Source: Moniliella sp. 'wahieum' (taxonomy: Eukaryota). From it: 64,000 bases of DNA. The stretch's first letter is position 1. Each line of letters opens with the position of its first letter. The translations under genes were made by a program, and so were the position numbers. Shown in pieces: positions 12,714 through 25,966 of the stretch. The stretch is taken from contig RSEE01000023.1 of assembly GCA_003971905.1 (NCBI GenBank), forward strand, positions 372,001 through 436,000, written 5' to 3'. The notes beneath the pieces were generated by a model. The model had not been told where the DNA came from and did no database searches. It was given only the letters and a program-made list of their open reading frames with translations.

Positions 12714-12970
12714 GCCCTTTGTTACCTACAATGATTTTGCGTTCATCCATTGTCCTGAAGGAGGGGGGGGGGGGGCGTCACGCGCGACCTACTCAGTAGC
12801 CATATGCAGATCGACGTTACAAGGGCGACACAACGAGAAAATAAGATAAAAGAAGACTCAGAAAATAGCCAGGGATAGGGTATCCAGGTAATCGAAAGCG
12901 CACACGGCAGAATAAGGAAAGTGCAGCTAGCCACAGGTGTCCTTACGAACGACCAATCTTGGCTGCCGTA

Positions 12971-14612
12971 TTAGTACGGGCGGTACTGATATACTGGCTC
13001 GCCGTAGCCTTGCTGACCGTACCCATGACTGCCATATGGCTGTCCGCCTGGAGGCAAGCCAGGCGCGCCAGGCATTTGTTGTTGGTAAGAGCCAAATTGG
13101 GCGTGGGGGGGGCGTAATTGGCTCGGGGAGGCGGATATTCGGGGGTGAATGTTGGGGCCAATTTGAGGTCGGAGCCTGCGTCTTGCAGGGGGCGTACCTA
13201 GCGCTCCCGCCGAACGACCAGGTGTGGCAAACCCAGCTGCGGTGCCTCCCACAGCTGCGCTGGTTGGCAATGCACCGTGTATCTCCTTCTTCCCCCGCCA
13301 ATAGTACCGGCAACAACACACAATCGCCGTCCATACCACGATCACACTCCCCACCACAATCGCCACAATGATCCCAATCTTGATCTTGGTTGATTTCGAC
13401 ATGGGCTTCTTGGCCTGCTTACCCATCGCCTCGTTCCGGACCGAGTCAGGAAGCTGATCCCCACTCCATCCCAACTATTGGAGTTTTTGACCTGGCGGTT
13501 GGTTGAGTCAGCATAGCCCGGCATGCCGGAGGCGCCGCCGTAGTCCATATTCGCTATGCGGGTCAGGGGAGCGGTGCTGGTACTAAAGCCTGGGTGGATC
13601 GACGAGCGTCGCCCGAGTAATTCTTGCCCGAGTAGACCCAGCTCGTCACAGTATTGTTCGACTGGCGGCGGGTGGGCGAAGAGGCCGCATGGTTGCACTG
13701 CACAGTATAGTTCAGCAACTCATGAGCGTAGTATCCTTGCTTGGTGTACTCAGGGGTGGTCCAATCGATCACACCGCCAGCCCAGGCTTGTACTCCCTCG
13801 GCTCAGTGACGTTGCCTCCTGCCCACAATGAAAATTGGACGCGGGAGGGCGATTGCGGGTACCAGCCCTTGCAATCAGAGGCCTTGAGCGTGCGGACCAC
13901 TTTGCCATCAATCAGCCATTGCAGCTGTTCTGGTTGCCAGTTCAATCCATACACGTGTATGTCGTCCACACTCCAATGGCCAGTCTGATTGAGCGTCTCG
14001 GGTTGGCGATTGGATTGCATGCCAAATGTGTTGGTCTGCGTGTTAGTCGGATCTGCAGTGGTAAATTCCCAATCAATCTCGTCGCCCACGTCGGACATGG
14101 TGATGAAGCTGGCTACCACGCCAGCGCGGGCCTCGTGACGAAGAGCAGCCTCAATTGTGCCGTAAAGAATGTAGTTGGTACTGGAAATCTTGCCTTGGGA
14201 TCCCTGGGTCATTTCCAGCAGCACTCCGTCTTGCCCCTTGCCAAGAAAGCCATTGTCGAGCGTAAAGCAGAGTTGGCGGTGCCATTGTAGGAGAGGATGG
14301 GCATGAAGTAGTCAGTGTTGTTATAGTCGGTCGGCTTGAAGCTGATGCTCATGTCCTTGCACACGGGCATGGGTGCACAGCTGTCGGGTGCATGAGACGA
14401 CAGAGGATTGCATCCGTTCGCACAGTACATGGCGCCCTTGCCGCAGGTGCCGCCCATGCAGCATGGCGTGCTGGAGGGCACTGGTTGCTGGCACTGCAAC
14501 TTGTCTGGGCTGCAGCGGGTGCGGGTGCGGCGACGACGGCGAGCCACGCAAGCGCAGCGAGCACGGCCGTGGAGGCGGCTGGTCGGCGCAGAGGGGAGCG
14601 GAGGACACGCAT
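12971..14612 (-). CDS. GH16 Crh/Utr2-type chitin-glucan transglycosylase with signal peptide, Cys-rich chitin-binding N-domain and C-terminal TM helix
   Basis: Signal AVLAALAWLAVVAAPAPAAA; C..C.SSTPCCMGGTCG.GAMYCANGCNPLSS; catalytic GDEIDWE; PQSPSRVQFSLWAGG; TM IGIIVAIVVGSVIVVWTAIV. Confidence 0.9.
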
Positions 14613-15755
14613 CGGATGCCCCGGCGAAGGAAGGATTGGAGAAGGTGGTGTGGAGGAGAGAGGCTGGGGCTGCCGTGTGGTGCTGCGTCGCTGCTCCACT
14701 CTGCTCCGCCTGGCCTGCCGCCGTGCTTCGCTGGCAGCAGCTACTAGGACTGCTGCCGCTGCCCTGCCTCCGCACCGCGCCTGGCCGCTGCTGGGCGCGC
14801 ACGGCATGCGAGGCTTGGCGCCAGTCTGCTGCATCCCCCCTCACTGCCGCCCCGTGCCCCCGCCCGGCACAGCAGGGGGGCACACTCCCAGGCCATGCCA
14901 TGCAGCTTCCCTCGCCCCGCGAGGCACGCTGACGTAACTTCTGGTTTTGTGTCTCTGCCCATCGTTTTTGTAGCTACGGCCGGCTCCGTGACTACCGTTG
15001 TGGCCAGCCAGTACTACAGTGGCATATCGGCATCGAAAAGAAGAAATTGATCTCCTCTGGATCTGATTCTTAGAAATTGATGCCTGTGCCCCTCCCGCCG
15101 GATTCTACCAAGGCAGCCCTGGCCCGGTTGTGTCTGCTGTGTGGGCAACCGAACACAGAGACTCTGCTGTCGCAATCGCGCTGATCACAAAAAAGTCTCG
15201 TCTCTCTGGCGGAGGGCAGGATGAAGCACTGCTCAGCCTTATCCGGGCGAACAACTTCACGCCAGGATGGTGCAAGCAAAAACATGCTCACAAGTTCGTC
15301 ATGTGAGCAGTTTTTCTCTTATTTTTGGCATACCAAAGATATCGACACATAGATCAGCTCGGGGGGAGGACTCAGTAGTGGTGGAACGTCTGTTGTCGTC
15401 GTCAGTATCAAAACGTTTCCATCGATCGGCGATAGTATACCTTCCTCTGCCTCGGCCCCAAGCGCTGCCCTCTGTCTCCCAATCGTCTTGATCACTGCTG
15501 TCTGCCGCCTACCTTTTTTATTGTTATACCTCTCAAAGAAGAAAGAATCGAGACTAACGAACGAGACACACCCACACACCCTATATTCCCTCCCCCATTT
15601 TGAGCATATCTGCGCATTACACGCTTGTCCGCAAGAACAACGGTCGTGATTAATACACAAGTCGCGGCTGTTCTCTTCATCATGTGGAAAAGCAATTTAA
15701 TCCCTCAAATTGGCAGGCATATAATACACATCTCACCTGCATCATACCTCATTGT

Positions 15756-16457
15756 GCCAAGGCCTCTGTAAAAAGGGAAATGGCGAGATAATCGTATTGC
15801 CGATAATCGATAACCGGCCGGTAACCACCGATCATTGATAACAAGCATCGTCGATACTCAGTAACTCAGTACTCAATAGCTATATCTAGCCTCTTATAGC
15901 ATAGCATAGCAAAGCCAGTATATTTGACTGTGACATGTGTCGCACGAAATAAGAGAAAGAATGCCAAGACGATGTCATGCAAATGAGGCAGAGGGGCGGT
16001 GTGTACATAACCGGTGCCAATCACTTTGGGCTGGGCAAGTATAGTTCCTGGCAGGCGCAGGACCAGTCTCGAACACTGATTCGGGGAATTAATCGCACAC
16101 CGCCCCCGTGGCTGCGCGGCCTTAATGCATTGCGAGCCCGCTGGGCGCGAGCATCTCAGCACACTGGCCAGATGCAGTGGCAGGGGTTCACACTGTCACG
16201 CATGTCACATGTCACAGCATTCAGCCAAGACGTGTGGTTCATGTTGTTCCCGCAAGTGCGGGGTTGAGAATAGTGCGACAAGAATAGGCTCTTGGCGTGT
16301 CTGGGACCAGCATATGTCAACACCCTTGATAGGATATCCCGCTTCGGTGATCCGCGGAGAAGTGTTAACGCCAAGCCTGTGTCTCCCGGAATTCGGCACT
16401 CGTCGAGGATGTGGACCATCGCGTCGCCTCGACCGTGAGCATACGACAGGATATAAA
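15756..16457 (+). promoter_or_regulatory. ENA ATPase promoter: cluster of PacC/Rim101 GCCARG sites plus TATA box
   Basis: GCCAAG at 15756, 15963, 16224, 16370; reverse-strand sites at 16291 (CTTGGC) and 16047 (CCTGGC); TATAAA 16452-16457. Confidence 0.7.
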
Positions 16458-16541
16458 GGCCCTTGCTTCTCTCTGCAATTCTCACCTGCAATCCCCATCT
16501 CGCATGCAGCAACTTGTGCTCGTTAGCTCATTTTGCCCAGT

Positions 16542-19500
16542 ATGTCCGACGAAAGCAAGATCCAACTCGCGGTTGAACCCACTCTGTCGCCCACCAACTT
16601 GGACGAGCCGGTCACGCTTGAGTATGCCCAACAATTTTCCTACACACGCCCAGCGATCACCATCCTGCGTGCGCTCAATGTTGACCCTGACTCGGGACTC
16701 CACGAGGACGAGGTGGTCAAACGCCAGGAAACGTATGGCCCCAACGAACTGGCGGATGAGTCGGGTGTCTCTTACCTCCAAATTTCTTGCGTCAAGTACT
16801 TAACGCTATGACTCTGGTGTTCACGCCCACCCCCCAAAAGCATCCCTTTGGAGATTCTAACTGTTTTTTTTCTTTTGTTCTCTTCCCACAGGTCCTCCTT
16901 ATTGCCTTCATTGTCTCGATGTCCATCAAGAGCTGGATTGAAGGTGGCGTAATTGGCATCGTTCTAGGACTCAACATTGCGATTGGCTTCTTCCAAGAAA
17001 GTGCCGCGGAGAAGACGATGGCATCTCTACGAGCCCTCGCCTCTCCCACTGCCCATGTGATTCGTGCTGGCGAGCTAGTGACCATTCCCAGCTCCGAACT
17101 CGTTCCGGGAGATTTGGTGGAGCTGTCAACGGGAGACCAAGTTCCTGCGGACCTACGTCTGATCGAAGCCAGCAACTTGGAGACGGACGAGGCCTTGTTA
17201 ACGGGAGAAGCCATGCCAGTAACCAAAATTCCGCAACAAGTGCTGTACGACCCCGACACGGCGGCAGGTGACCGGATCAACTTGGCGTACATGTCGAGTA
17301 CGGTAACCAAAGGCCGAGGACAGGTGTTGTGGTGACGACGGGCATGAACACGGAAATCGGACTGTTGGCCGGCGCTGCAAGGTCCGTCCAAGCGTCAAAA
17401 CTGCGGAGATCAAGGAGGCTACGTACGGGAAAAAGGTACAAACTGCAGCCCGTGTAGGTGCTGGTGCAATGTGGGACAAGACGGCTGCCTTTCTTGGCTT
17501 GACGGTTGGTACCCCCCTCCAGCGCAAACTTCTGTCCTGGCATTGCTTCTCTTTTTGATAGCGGTCGTCTTTGCTATCATCTGCTTTGCTGCCAACAACT
17601 GGACGGACAACGAAGTGATTCTCTATGCCGTCGCTACAGGGGTGGCAATGATTCCTCCTCTTCCCGCTGTGTTGGCCATCACCATGGCCAAGGGTGCTCA
17701 GGCCATGACATCGCGAGGCGTGATTGTGCGCAAGGCGTCCGCCATCGAGGCGTTGGGCGCAGTCACCGACATTTGCTCTGACAAGACTGGAACGTTGACT
17801 CAAGGCAGGATGATTGTCAAGCAGGTCTGGCTCCCAGGCGAGGGAGTTATCAGTGTGACGGGATCGGAAGATGTGTTTAACCCAAACAGTGGGCACGTTT
17901 CCAAGCACTGCGACGTCCAACCGAAAGACATGTCCCCCAATGACCGCCAACGGCACGAACCCATGCTCCTTGGTCCTGAGTTTCGTACGGCCAACCAGAC
18001 CAAGAAACTCTGACCGATTTTCTCAATGTGTGCGTCTCCTTTCTTCCGTACATTATGCTTGTTGCTCTCTGTTTTCAAAAAATACTGACACTATCCCCCC
18101 TTATACTCGCCTCTGACAGCGTATCTCTTTGCAACAATGCCAAAGTTCTCAAGGAAAAGAAGCAAACAAGTGGGTGGCACACGGCGACTTTACCGAGTGT
18201 GCGCTCCAAACATTTGCCCACCGCTTTGGCTGGGGCCGACCCTCTGACCCAGGCCGCCAACCAAACAGTCGGACGCCGAAAGTTACCTCAAGGACCAAGC
18301 CGAATGGGAACTGGTTCATGAGAACGGCTTTTCTTCGGATGTGAAACGCATGTCGGTCGTGTTCCACCACACACCTTCGGGTCGTGGATGGGTAATGATG
18401 AAGGGGGCCGTGGAACGGGTGGTGGAGGGGTGCACCACATCTCTGGTCCTAACGGTATGGTGGCGCTGGACGAGACGATCCGTGCCGATATTATGGCTAA
18501 TGTCGAGGTGTTAGCGTCCCAAGGCTTGCGTGTGTTGGCGCACGCCAGCCGATCCGTCTCGGAAGAAGAGCCATGACGGGGTCGAATTCAGAGGGGGCCG
18601 AAGCGTGGCAGCGCCTTGATCGGGCCGAGGTGGAGAGAAACATGACGTTTGTTGGATTGGCAGGCATCTACGACCCTCCTCGACCCTCGTCGGCGCCGGC
18701 GATTGCCACGTGCCACGGAGCCGGGATTGAGGTGCACATGCTTACGGGCGATCATCTTGGTACGGCACGGGCCATTGCGCAAGAAATTGGCATCCTGCCC
18801 TCCAAGGAAGTGATGGCAACCTGGGCGGAGGATCGGCGGCGCGCGATGGTCCTTACCGGTCCTCAAGTGGACAAGATGACGGAAAGGAACTGGATCGCTT
18901 GCCCGCACTGCCACTTGTTGTCGCCCGTTGCTCCCCCCAGACCAAGGTGCGCATGATCGAGGCTCTTCACCGCCGCCGCGAGCGGTGTGTGGTCATGACG
19001 GGCGACGGCGTGAACGATGCACCCAGTCTCAAAATCGCCGACATTGGGATCGGTATGGGATCGGGGTCGGACGTGGCGATTGGAGTGGCCGACTTGGTCT
19101 TGTCTGATGATAACTTTGCCTCGATCGTTGCCGGCATTGAAGAAGGCCGTCGTACGTTTGACAACATCAAGAAGTTTGTCCTTCACTTGCTCGCTCAAAA
19201 CGTGGCCCAAGCTATGACGCTTCTCATTGCGCTCGCCTTCAAGGACAGGACAACATTTCCGTCTTCCCCTCGCGCCCGTTGAGATTCTGTGGGTGATTAT
19301 GGTCGCCTCAGGATTGCCCGCCATGGCACTTGGGTTTGAACCGGCTGCCGAGGATGTCATGCAGCGCCCCCACACAGTATCAAGACGGGCGTGTTCACCC
19401 TGGAGGTGGTGCTGGACCTACTGGTGTACGGGGTGTGGGTGGGAGTGTTGCCTGTCGACATTTTCGATTAGTGTTGGGGCTTTGGTCCTGGCACGCTGGG

Positions 19501-20027
19501 CGAGAGCTGGAGCTGCAACAAACCTGCGGCCCACCGCAATCGTAACGAATGCCGTCCCATCTTTCGTGCACGGGGTGCGACGTGGGCGGTGATGGTGATT
19601 TGTTCCCTGTTGTTGGCCTGGGAGATGGTGCATCCGCGCGCTCCTTTTTCCGGATGCGGCGGGAACACCCATCTGGACCCAGTGGTGGCACGACACGTGG
19701 GGACGCAACAAGCTCCTCTTTGCCTCCGTGGTGGGCGGCGCAGTGGCCATTCCGCCTATTCTCTACATCCCCGTCATCTCGGCCGATGTCTTCCTTCACT
19801 CGGGCATCTCATGGGAATGGGCTGTCGTCGCCGTCGTTTCTCTCTTGTTCATGGTAGGGGTAGAGCTGTGGAAAGCAGCCAAGCGTGTCTTCCTCAGGAG
19901 GAAGGCTCGTCGCACCCCTGCCTCTGAAATTTTGTTCCGGGAAAGTCCATGGCTTGATCTTGGACGTGTGGATACCTCTTTTCCTATTAATACACACCAC
20001 ACTGCTGGTCACCTTCTCATCCTATAA
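16542..20027 (+). CDS. ENA1: P-type ATPase, type IID (ENA Na+/K+ efflux pump); introns and many indels
   Basis: [23 protein letters not shown] (phosphorylation site), [47 protein letters not shown]; introns ~16811-16890 and ~18027-18119. Confidence 0.92.
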
Positions 20028-20138
20028 TACTCTCGCCTGTCCAAATGCAATCCCCATCGGTTCCTATCTCGATTCCACTGTACTGGACGACGGAGGTGTC
20101 CTGTTCGCAGTGTGTAGTACATAGCAAATGTAATGGTT

Positions 20139-20854
20139 CTAGTCCGTGAGCATCCCAAGCTGGTAATATATAGTGGTGTGGTCGTGTAGGCGGTACCAGA
20201 TTAGTGTACACAGCGTTGCCAAACGAGAGGCCAAACCTCGTGCTGGTGTAGACCGCGACGCCACTGCTGGCGCAGAACAGCGATGCTGCTCTGGCGCGCG
20301 ATGGGAGGGGCAAAAACTAGCTTGACATCGGGTGCAGACGATGGGGACCAGCATAATCTTGGTGCAGCGACGAAAGTGACACTCTTTTTCCCGTTTGGCT
20401 CGTCCTACTGCCTTGTTCTCCGCAGGTAAATGGGCTTTGCATCCCGCCCGGCTGGCGGGTGGGGCAGCAAGGTGCGCACGAATACACGCTTCTGGATCTT
20501 GGCCGCGCACCCATGCCGCTGGCGGTTCGTGGCAGTCGGGACAGATGGGACAAATGTGCCGCTTGGCTCAGAGGGGGTGCTAGCGCACCGGTGTCCTTCC
20601 GTCGGACGAAAATGGTCTTGGCAAAAGCTAAGAAAAAAGAGGTGAAGGAACGTAATTCCGTCAGCATCACAGTGCGTACAAGGGTGAAGAGGGAAGATAG
20701 GCAGCACATACGAAAGATGGCAGTCAGCGCATTGGAATGGCAGGTAGTCTTCCCGGTGGCAATCGGGGCGCTGGCAGCGCTTTCCAATGAGCAGCATGGG
20801 TCCCGTCGTGCGGGCGGTGTCTGCGTGGCGCAAGTTAGCGGTGGGATCGCGCAT
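20139..20854 (-). CDS. AN1-type zinc-finger protein (ZFAND1/2, Cuz1-like), two AN1 fingers, one intron
   Basis: IGKRCQRPDCHREDYLPFQCADCHL|FCQDHF..HRC and CHFRRC..IVCTRCQASFCPSHRAPEQHRC; TATA-like TTATATAA ~20918-20925. Confidence 0.8.
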
Positions 20855-21555
20855 GATGGAGGTGGTGGTGATGCATATGCTGTGGGGGAGAGGATGCGGG
20901 GTCAAAGAGCAGGGCTCTTATATAACACGGCGGTGGGATGCAGTTGTGGCGGGGGACGCCGACCCGCATACGCGGCCTCGCTGAAAGAATCGCACCGACG
21001 CCGACCGATACTTTGCGCCACTGAAATGTTCACTTTCGGCATTTCATTTTGTGCTCTCCAAATTGCATTTTCCTGGGGCGAATGTGTGCCGCCTATGCGC
21101 CCCGGTCATATTATGCTACCCGGGAGAGGGAGTGTGCGTGTCATCCGTCATCCGTCATCATCAATCGTTTCCCCTTTGCATCATCTCAACAAAAAGCAGG
21201 TGTGGTGGGGAGAAGTGAAGAGAGAGGGGAAAAGGAGGAGCCAATTGTTGAATTAGACTCCTTACCATGCCCCTTTAGGAACGTCTCAACATGGACGAGG
21301 GCAGGGGGTACAAGTGAAGGTGTCGAATCCACGCTATGTTTCCCAAGTGAAAACAAGATATAGTTACGGACAAACACATCAGCGCCCCCTTTGGTTCGCG
21401 TAGGTACACCAGGGCTAGTCCGGATAGGCAAGTAGAGGTGATATGGCAGAGCAACAAAGCAAGCAAAAGAGAGCGTGGCTAGAGGGGGGTATAGCTAGCG
21501 GGGGAATCAAGAGCAAGGCGGCACAGTGAGAAGGAGAGGAGGGCAGGTCACTTGG

Positions 21556-23043
21556 TCAGTGACCGTACGCATGCTCATCCCGCCTCCCTCCCACGTCGGG
21601 GGTAGAAGGACGTGGGATTGAGATGGGGCGATTGGAACGAGTAATCGTATTCGTACGACTGTTGTTGCGGGCCATCGTCGTACCGATCAAATGGGTTGGG
21701 CATTGGCGCGTCCCATTCGATTGCTGGTCGGACGTCTTGGATCCATTCGAGCCGCTCCGGTCAAGCTCGGGCGTACCGTCAGGGTGGATCGTAGTGGAAG
21801 GTGGGCACAGGAGAGGAATGCACCCTGCCCCAAGAGGAGCGGCGGGGGGTGTTGTACGGGTCCTGCGCGGCGTAGGCGTTGCCGTACTCGGGCTCCCCAT
21901 AGCCCTCGTGAGCATTGACAATCGAGTCCAGACCACGGGCACGGTCGAGGTGTGCATACGGATCGACGGTGTTCAGATCAGAAGGGTTGATACTTTGGTC
22001 ATGTCCGTCCGTACGCCGACGCAGGGTATTGAGGGTAGCTGCCGTACTCGGGTTGCGAGGGGAAACCCCTGTGCCCACAGGGCGGCCCGTACTGGTCCAC
22101 TGGTCTGGCGCTCGGGTCCTGCAGATCCCGCTGTAGCAGTCTTCCGGCGCATTGGAATCGTCCAAGAACGCATCGGCAAGCGGGCGCTCTGGCGACGGAG
22201 AAGATCCTTGTCAAATGGGTTTCAAACGGTCGTTGGCATCGCGTTGGTGCTTGGCTCGGCGTAAAAGGTAGGCCAAGAGGGCCGCGAACGATTAGGCCCA
22301 CTGCGCCGCCGACGGCAATCCCAACAATCGGGCCCGTTCCAGGGAGGTTGGTTCGTACTCGAGGGTAAGGGCATCATTCCACTTCCCGAAGAAGAATCGG
22401 CACTCCCTGTGGTGACGGTGTGGTGGGAGCCGAGAAAGAGCCAGATGGGAGGCGGAGGAGGGGGGCATGCTCGTCAAGCTGCTACTGGCCAAACTCTGCT
22501 GGCCGGCAAAGGAAGCAGCGAAGACGCCGGCGGATAAACTAGTGGCAAGGATAAACTAGTCGGCAAAGAGAGAAGAGGGGTCGACAGCGCGTTGGTTTTG
22601 GATACGGCCGCGGTTGAAGTGGGTGCAGCGGATGAGAGGAAGAACTGAGCCCGGGGATGAAGTTGGAGAGACTGGCGGGATCTGAGCTACTGGATGCGTC
22701 GACGCTGGAAGAGGGGGACAGAGTGGGAAGATGGTGATTCTTCCGAGCTGGAGGCTTTGGAGCGCCACCATATGAGAAGGTTAGTCGATGGCAGGCGACA
22801 CCGTAGGTGCTATGGGGAAACTAATAAAACGTACATGGTGATTGGCTAGTTGGCGTCGCACTGGTCTCATGGGTGGAAGAAGCAGCGGAGGCAGTGGTAG
22901 AGGAGGCAGCCTCATGAGTTGATGTGGCAGCAGACGCAGAGCTGGGGGAGGGTGCGCTGCTTTCCGCACGTTGAGCAAGCCGGCCTCTGTTGCCCCAACG
23001 GCGCTGGTGAGCTCGGCGGGGGTTGGGCGGACGGGACTGCAAT
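21556..23043 (-). CDS. Hypothetical protein with Ser/Thr-rich N-terminal region; intron and indels
   Basis: Chained minus-strand ORFs with coding-like composition and a clear intron (GTACGT..GACTAAC..CAG, ~22834-22748); no family recognised. Confidence 0.4.
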
Positions 23044-23399
23044 GGCGTTGGTGGGGGCCAAGAAGAAACGGGCGGAGGGGCGAGGGCAAGAAGGCAGCCC
23101 GCCAGAAGAGGGGGCGGGTGGAGTGGTGAGGCTGAGAAGGTGGTGCCAGATGTAAGAGGTGAGGGTCAGTGAGAGGGCGCTTTTAGCCAGTGCTCCCGGC
23201 CAGCCAGGCCAGTGCCCGCCACTGCCGGCCCCCCTGCGCGAGCGAGCCGCGACAGTGCTGCCGCGCTGCTGCCACCCTGCAGCGGGCAGCAGGCCAGTCG
23301 CGCAAGGGGAGCGCAGCCAGCGCCAGCAGGCCAGTGTGTGTGCAGTCGCCGGCGCCCAGGTGCGATGCGCCTCCTGGCGCCGCCCGTGGTTGCGCGCAT

Positions 23400-24500
23400 C
23401 ATGCATGGTGCATGATGCATGCAAGGAGACAGGTGACATGCATGACATGTGGCATGGACAGGCGGCAGATGTGGCAGATCCCCGACGGATGCATGTCAGC
23501 CCTACACTGGCGCCATGCGGGCTACGCGCTGTCGCCCAGCCACAACGCCCTCAGCCTTGGCCAACCTCCAAGTCACGGGTGGCCAAGCCCCCGCCCAACC
23601 AACGGCGACTCCTGCGACCCCTGCTACCCCACGCCTACTATCCCCCGTTTGGCCAGGGCGGCGCATGGCGCAGTGCACGCCACATTTGGCCACTTGCCTT
23701 GTGCCCGCAGCGATGGCTGCGTAGCAGGCCACCCCATCCATCCATCCATCGCTCGCTGCTACCCGATCCAACGTGGAACGTGCAACCAGTGGAACCAGTC
23801 CGCCTGATCTGCGTCTCCGTTGGGGACCATTGCGGAGCCCATTCGGCCACTTGACTAGCTTGACTTGCAGATTGGCGTGGTCGTTCACGGAGTGTTCACC
23901 TTGAACAGTCACTAGTCAGCACTGGTCAGCAATAAATCTGGCATGCCACATGGAGTGTTGGTGGACCCTTTGTCCATCCACGAAGCGTAAACGAGAGGCT
24001 TCCGAAGGAGGACCAAACCATGCTGGTGATGAGGCCGGTGAGGTCGATGAAACGATGGAATATGGATGCATGGCCGATGGCCAAAACAAGGCCTATCAAG
24101 AAGGGTCTCCGGTCTGCCCAGGAGTCGACTCCCAATCGCGCACTGGGTCCGACGCCCAATCGGCCCACCTACAGCGGGCTTGGCAGATCCAGCGGTCCCC
24201 GCTACAGTTCCGTGATCCTGTGATCTGCCCCACGTTCCACGCGCCGCGTGGGGTCGATGCATGATGCATGGTGCATGCATGATGCACTTTGCATCAGTAA
24301 CTAGTAACTCAGTATACAGCTCTGCCCCTACTGTGCCTGCAACTGCATGGGCCAGTCTCTTCAACAGCTTCAAGAGCCTCAAGTCAACAACGTGGCTGCT
24401 TCAAGCTCAAGCTTCAAGCTTCAAGACGTTCAACCTCCTGGCAGTACATCGCACAGGAACGTCGCCCACATCAGGGCCTCAGGCCTCACCCCCACTAGCT
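23400..24500. repeat. TNA-palindrome heptamer clusters
   Basis: TGCA.TGA.TGCA at ~23409 and 24258-24268; TAA.CTAG.TAA ~24298-24307; TCA.AGCT.TCA.AGCT.TCA ~24407-24423; TCA.GGCC.TCA ~24479-24488. Confidence 0.75.
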
Positions 24501-24922
24501 CCACTGCTTACATGCTAACGCATTACTCCCATTGCTCGCCACGTGTCCGCAACGACCAACAATATATCTACACAATCACAAAGATGGGGGGGGGCAACCA
24601 GAAGTGCGGCACAGACGAAGGGTACAAGTACACGGTACAACGGAAAAGACGACCAAGTCGGCAAAAGCTAGCGAAGTGGGGACCAGAAAAGCGGTGACGC
24701 GGTGACGCTCGAAGCAGGAGGCATGAGGCCTGACGAGGGGGGCGGGGGGAGGGCAACAGAAACAAGGTGCAGGCAACCTAAGGCAAAGGGGCAAACCCCG
24801 AAGCCAAGGGATGCGAAAGCATCGACGCAGACTTAGTGGGCAGCTGTACATACCAAAGCAAAACACAAACACACACAAAAAGGCCACGGGCCGGGGGAAA
24901 AGCATCGAGAAGCCACCTAGGA

Positions 24923-25966
24923 TCAGCGTTCGGGAAAAGGACAAAACAAGCGCAGAGGTAGGAGGTAAACTTGCCCAGGTATCTTTGTACGTGTCAACAG
25001 GACACTCCCAGCAAGTGGGAGGGGTGCAACGGACGCAGCACCGGGCTGGGGCTTGAAATCACGGGTCGGGGGCGAGAGAGAAAGGGTCGGCGAGGCCAAG
25101 CATCTGAGAGAGCTGCTCAGTTCCCCTTCTTGATTTTGACGTCCACCGTACAAGTGGAAGGGGGCGTCCGAGCACGTCCTAGAGTCCGCCGGAGTGTAGA
25201 ACGGCAGAGCAGCCGACGCGGGTGGTGTAGGCACCGAGGTTGTCGAGCGCTGCGACATGGCACCCGGACTCAGGGGCTTGTTCGCCTAGCACACCCATGC
25301 CCAGCTCGCGAGAAGTGACCGACGGCATCGAGGCCAAATCAATCTCGGCAAATGCCCCAGAGGTGCCAGTGGGAGGGCGTGGGAAAGTGACGGGGCATGC
25401 TTGCAAGACATCTTGCCCCAACGCAAGGCTGGGCTGAGGATGAGCTTGAACCTGGCGGGAGTCCGAGGGCATCATACCATGGAGTGGGGAGCGGGGTTGG
25501 GTTGAGACTGAGAAAGCTCCTGGGGCTGAGACTGAGACTGAGGCTGAGGCTGAAGTTGAGAGGAGGCCGCCCCCTGAGGTTGTCCTGCGCTTGCAGGGTG
25601 CAATAAGAGACCGTCAGCAGAGGCAAAAGCGAATTGAGCAGCCTCGAGCGGCCAGTCGCCCTGGTGGGCGAGAAGGCAGCGTTCGACAAGCGAGCGCAGG
25701 TGAGCGTTTTCACGCCGGACAAGGTAGTTGTCCACCTCGATCTGGGTCAGGTGGGCAGGAGAAGAGTCCGGAGAGCGTTCCCGGGCTCGCTGAAGGTCAA
25801 GCTGCAGCTGCTCGATTTGGCATTTGAGCTCGCCATTCTCGGCGGTGAGCTGCTCCAGTTGGATCTTCCTCCGGTCGCGGAAGCGTGCGACGGCCTGGGC
25901 GTTCTTGGACCGTTGGCGGGGCGGGACGGGTTCCTGCGAGGTGCGTTTGGGCGAAGAAGCAGGCAT
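24923..25966 (-). CDS. bZIP transcription factor with Gln/Pro/Ser-rich C-terminal part (3' end uncertain because of indels)
   Basis: Basic region RQRSKNAQAVARFRDRRK followed by zipper LEQLTAENGELKCQIEQLQLDL; (CTGAGR)n repeat at 25505-25560 encodes QPQPQSQS. Confidence 0.8.
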
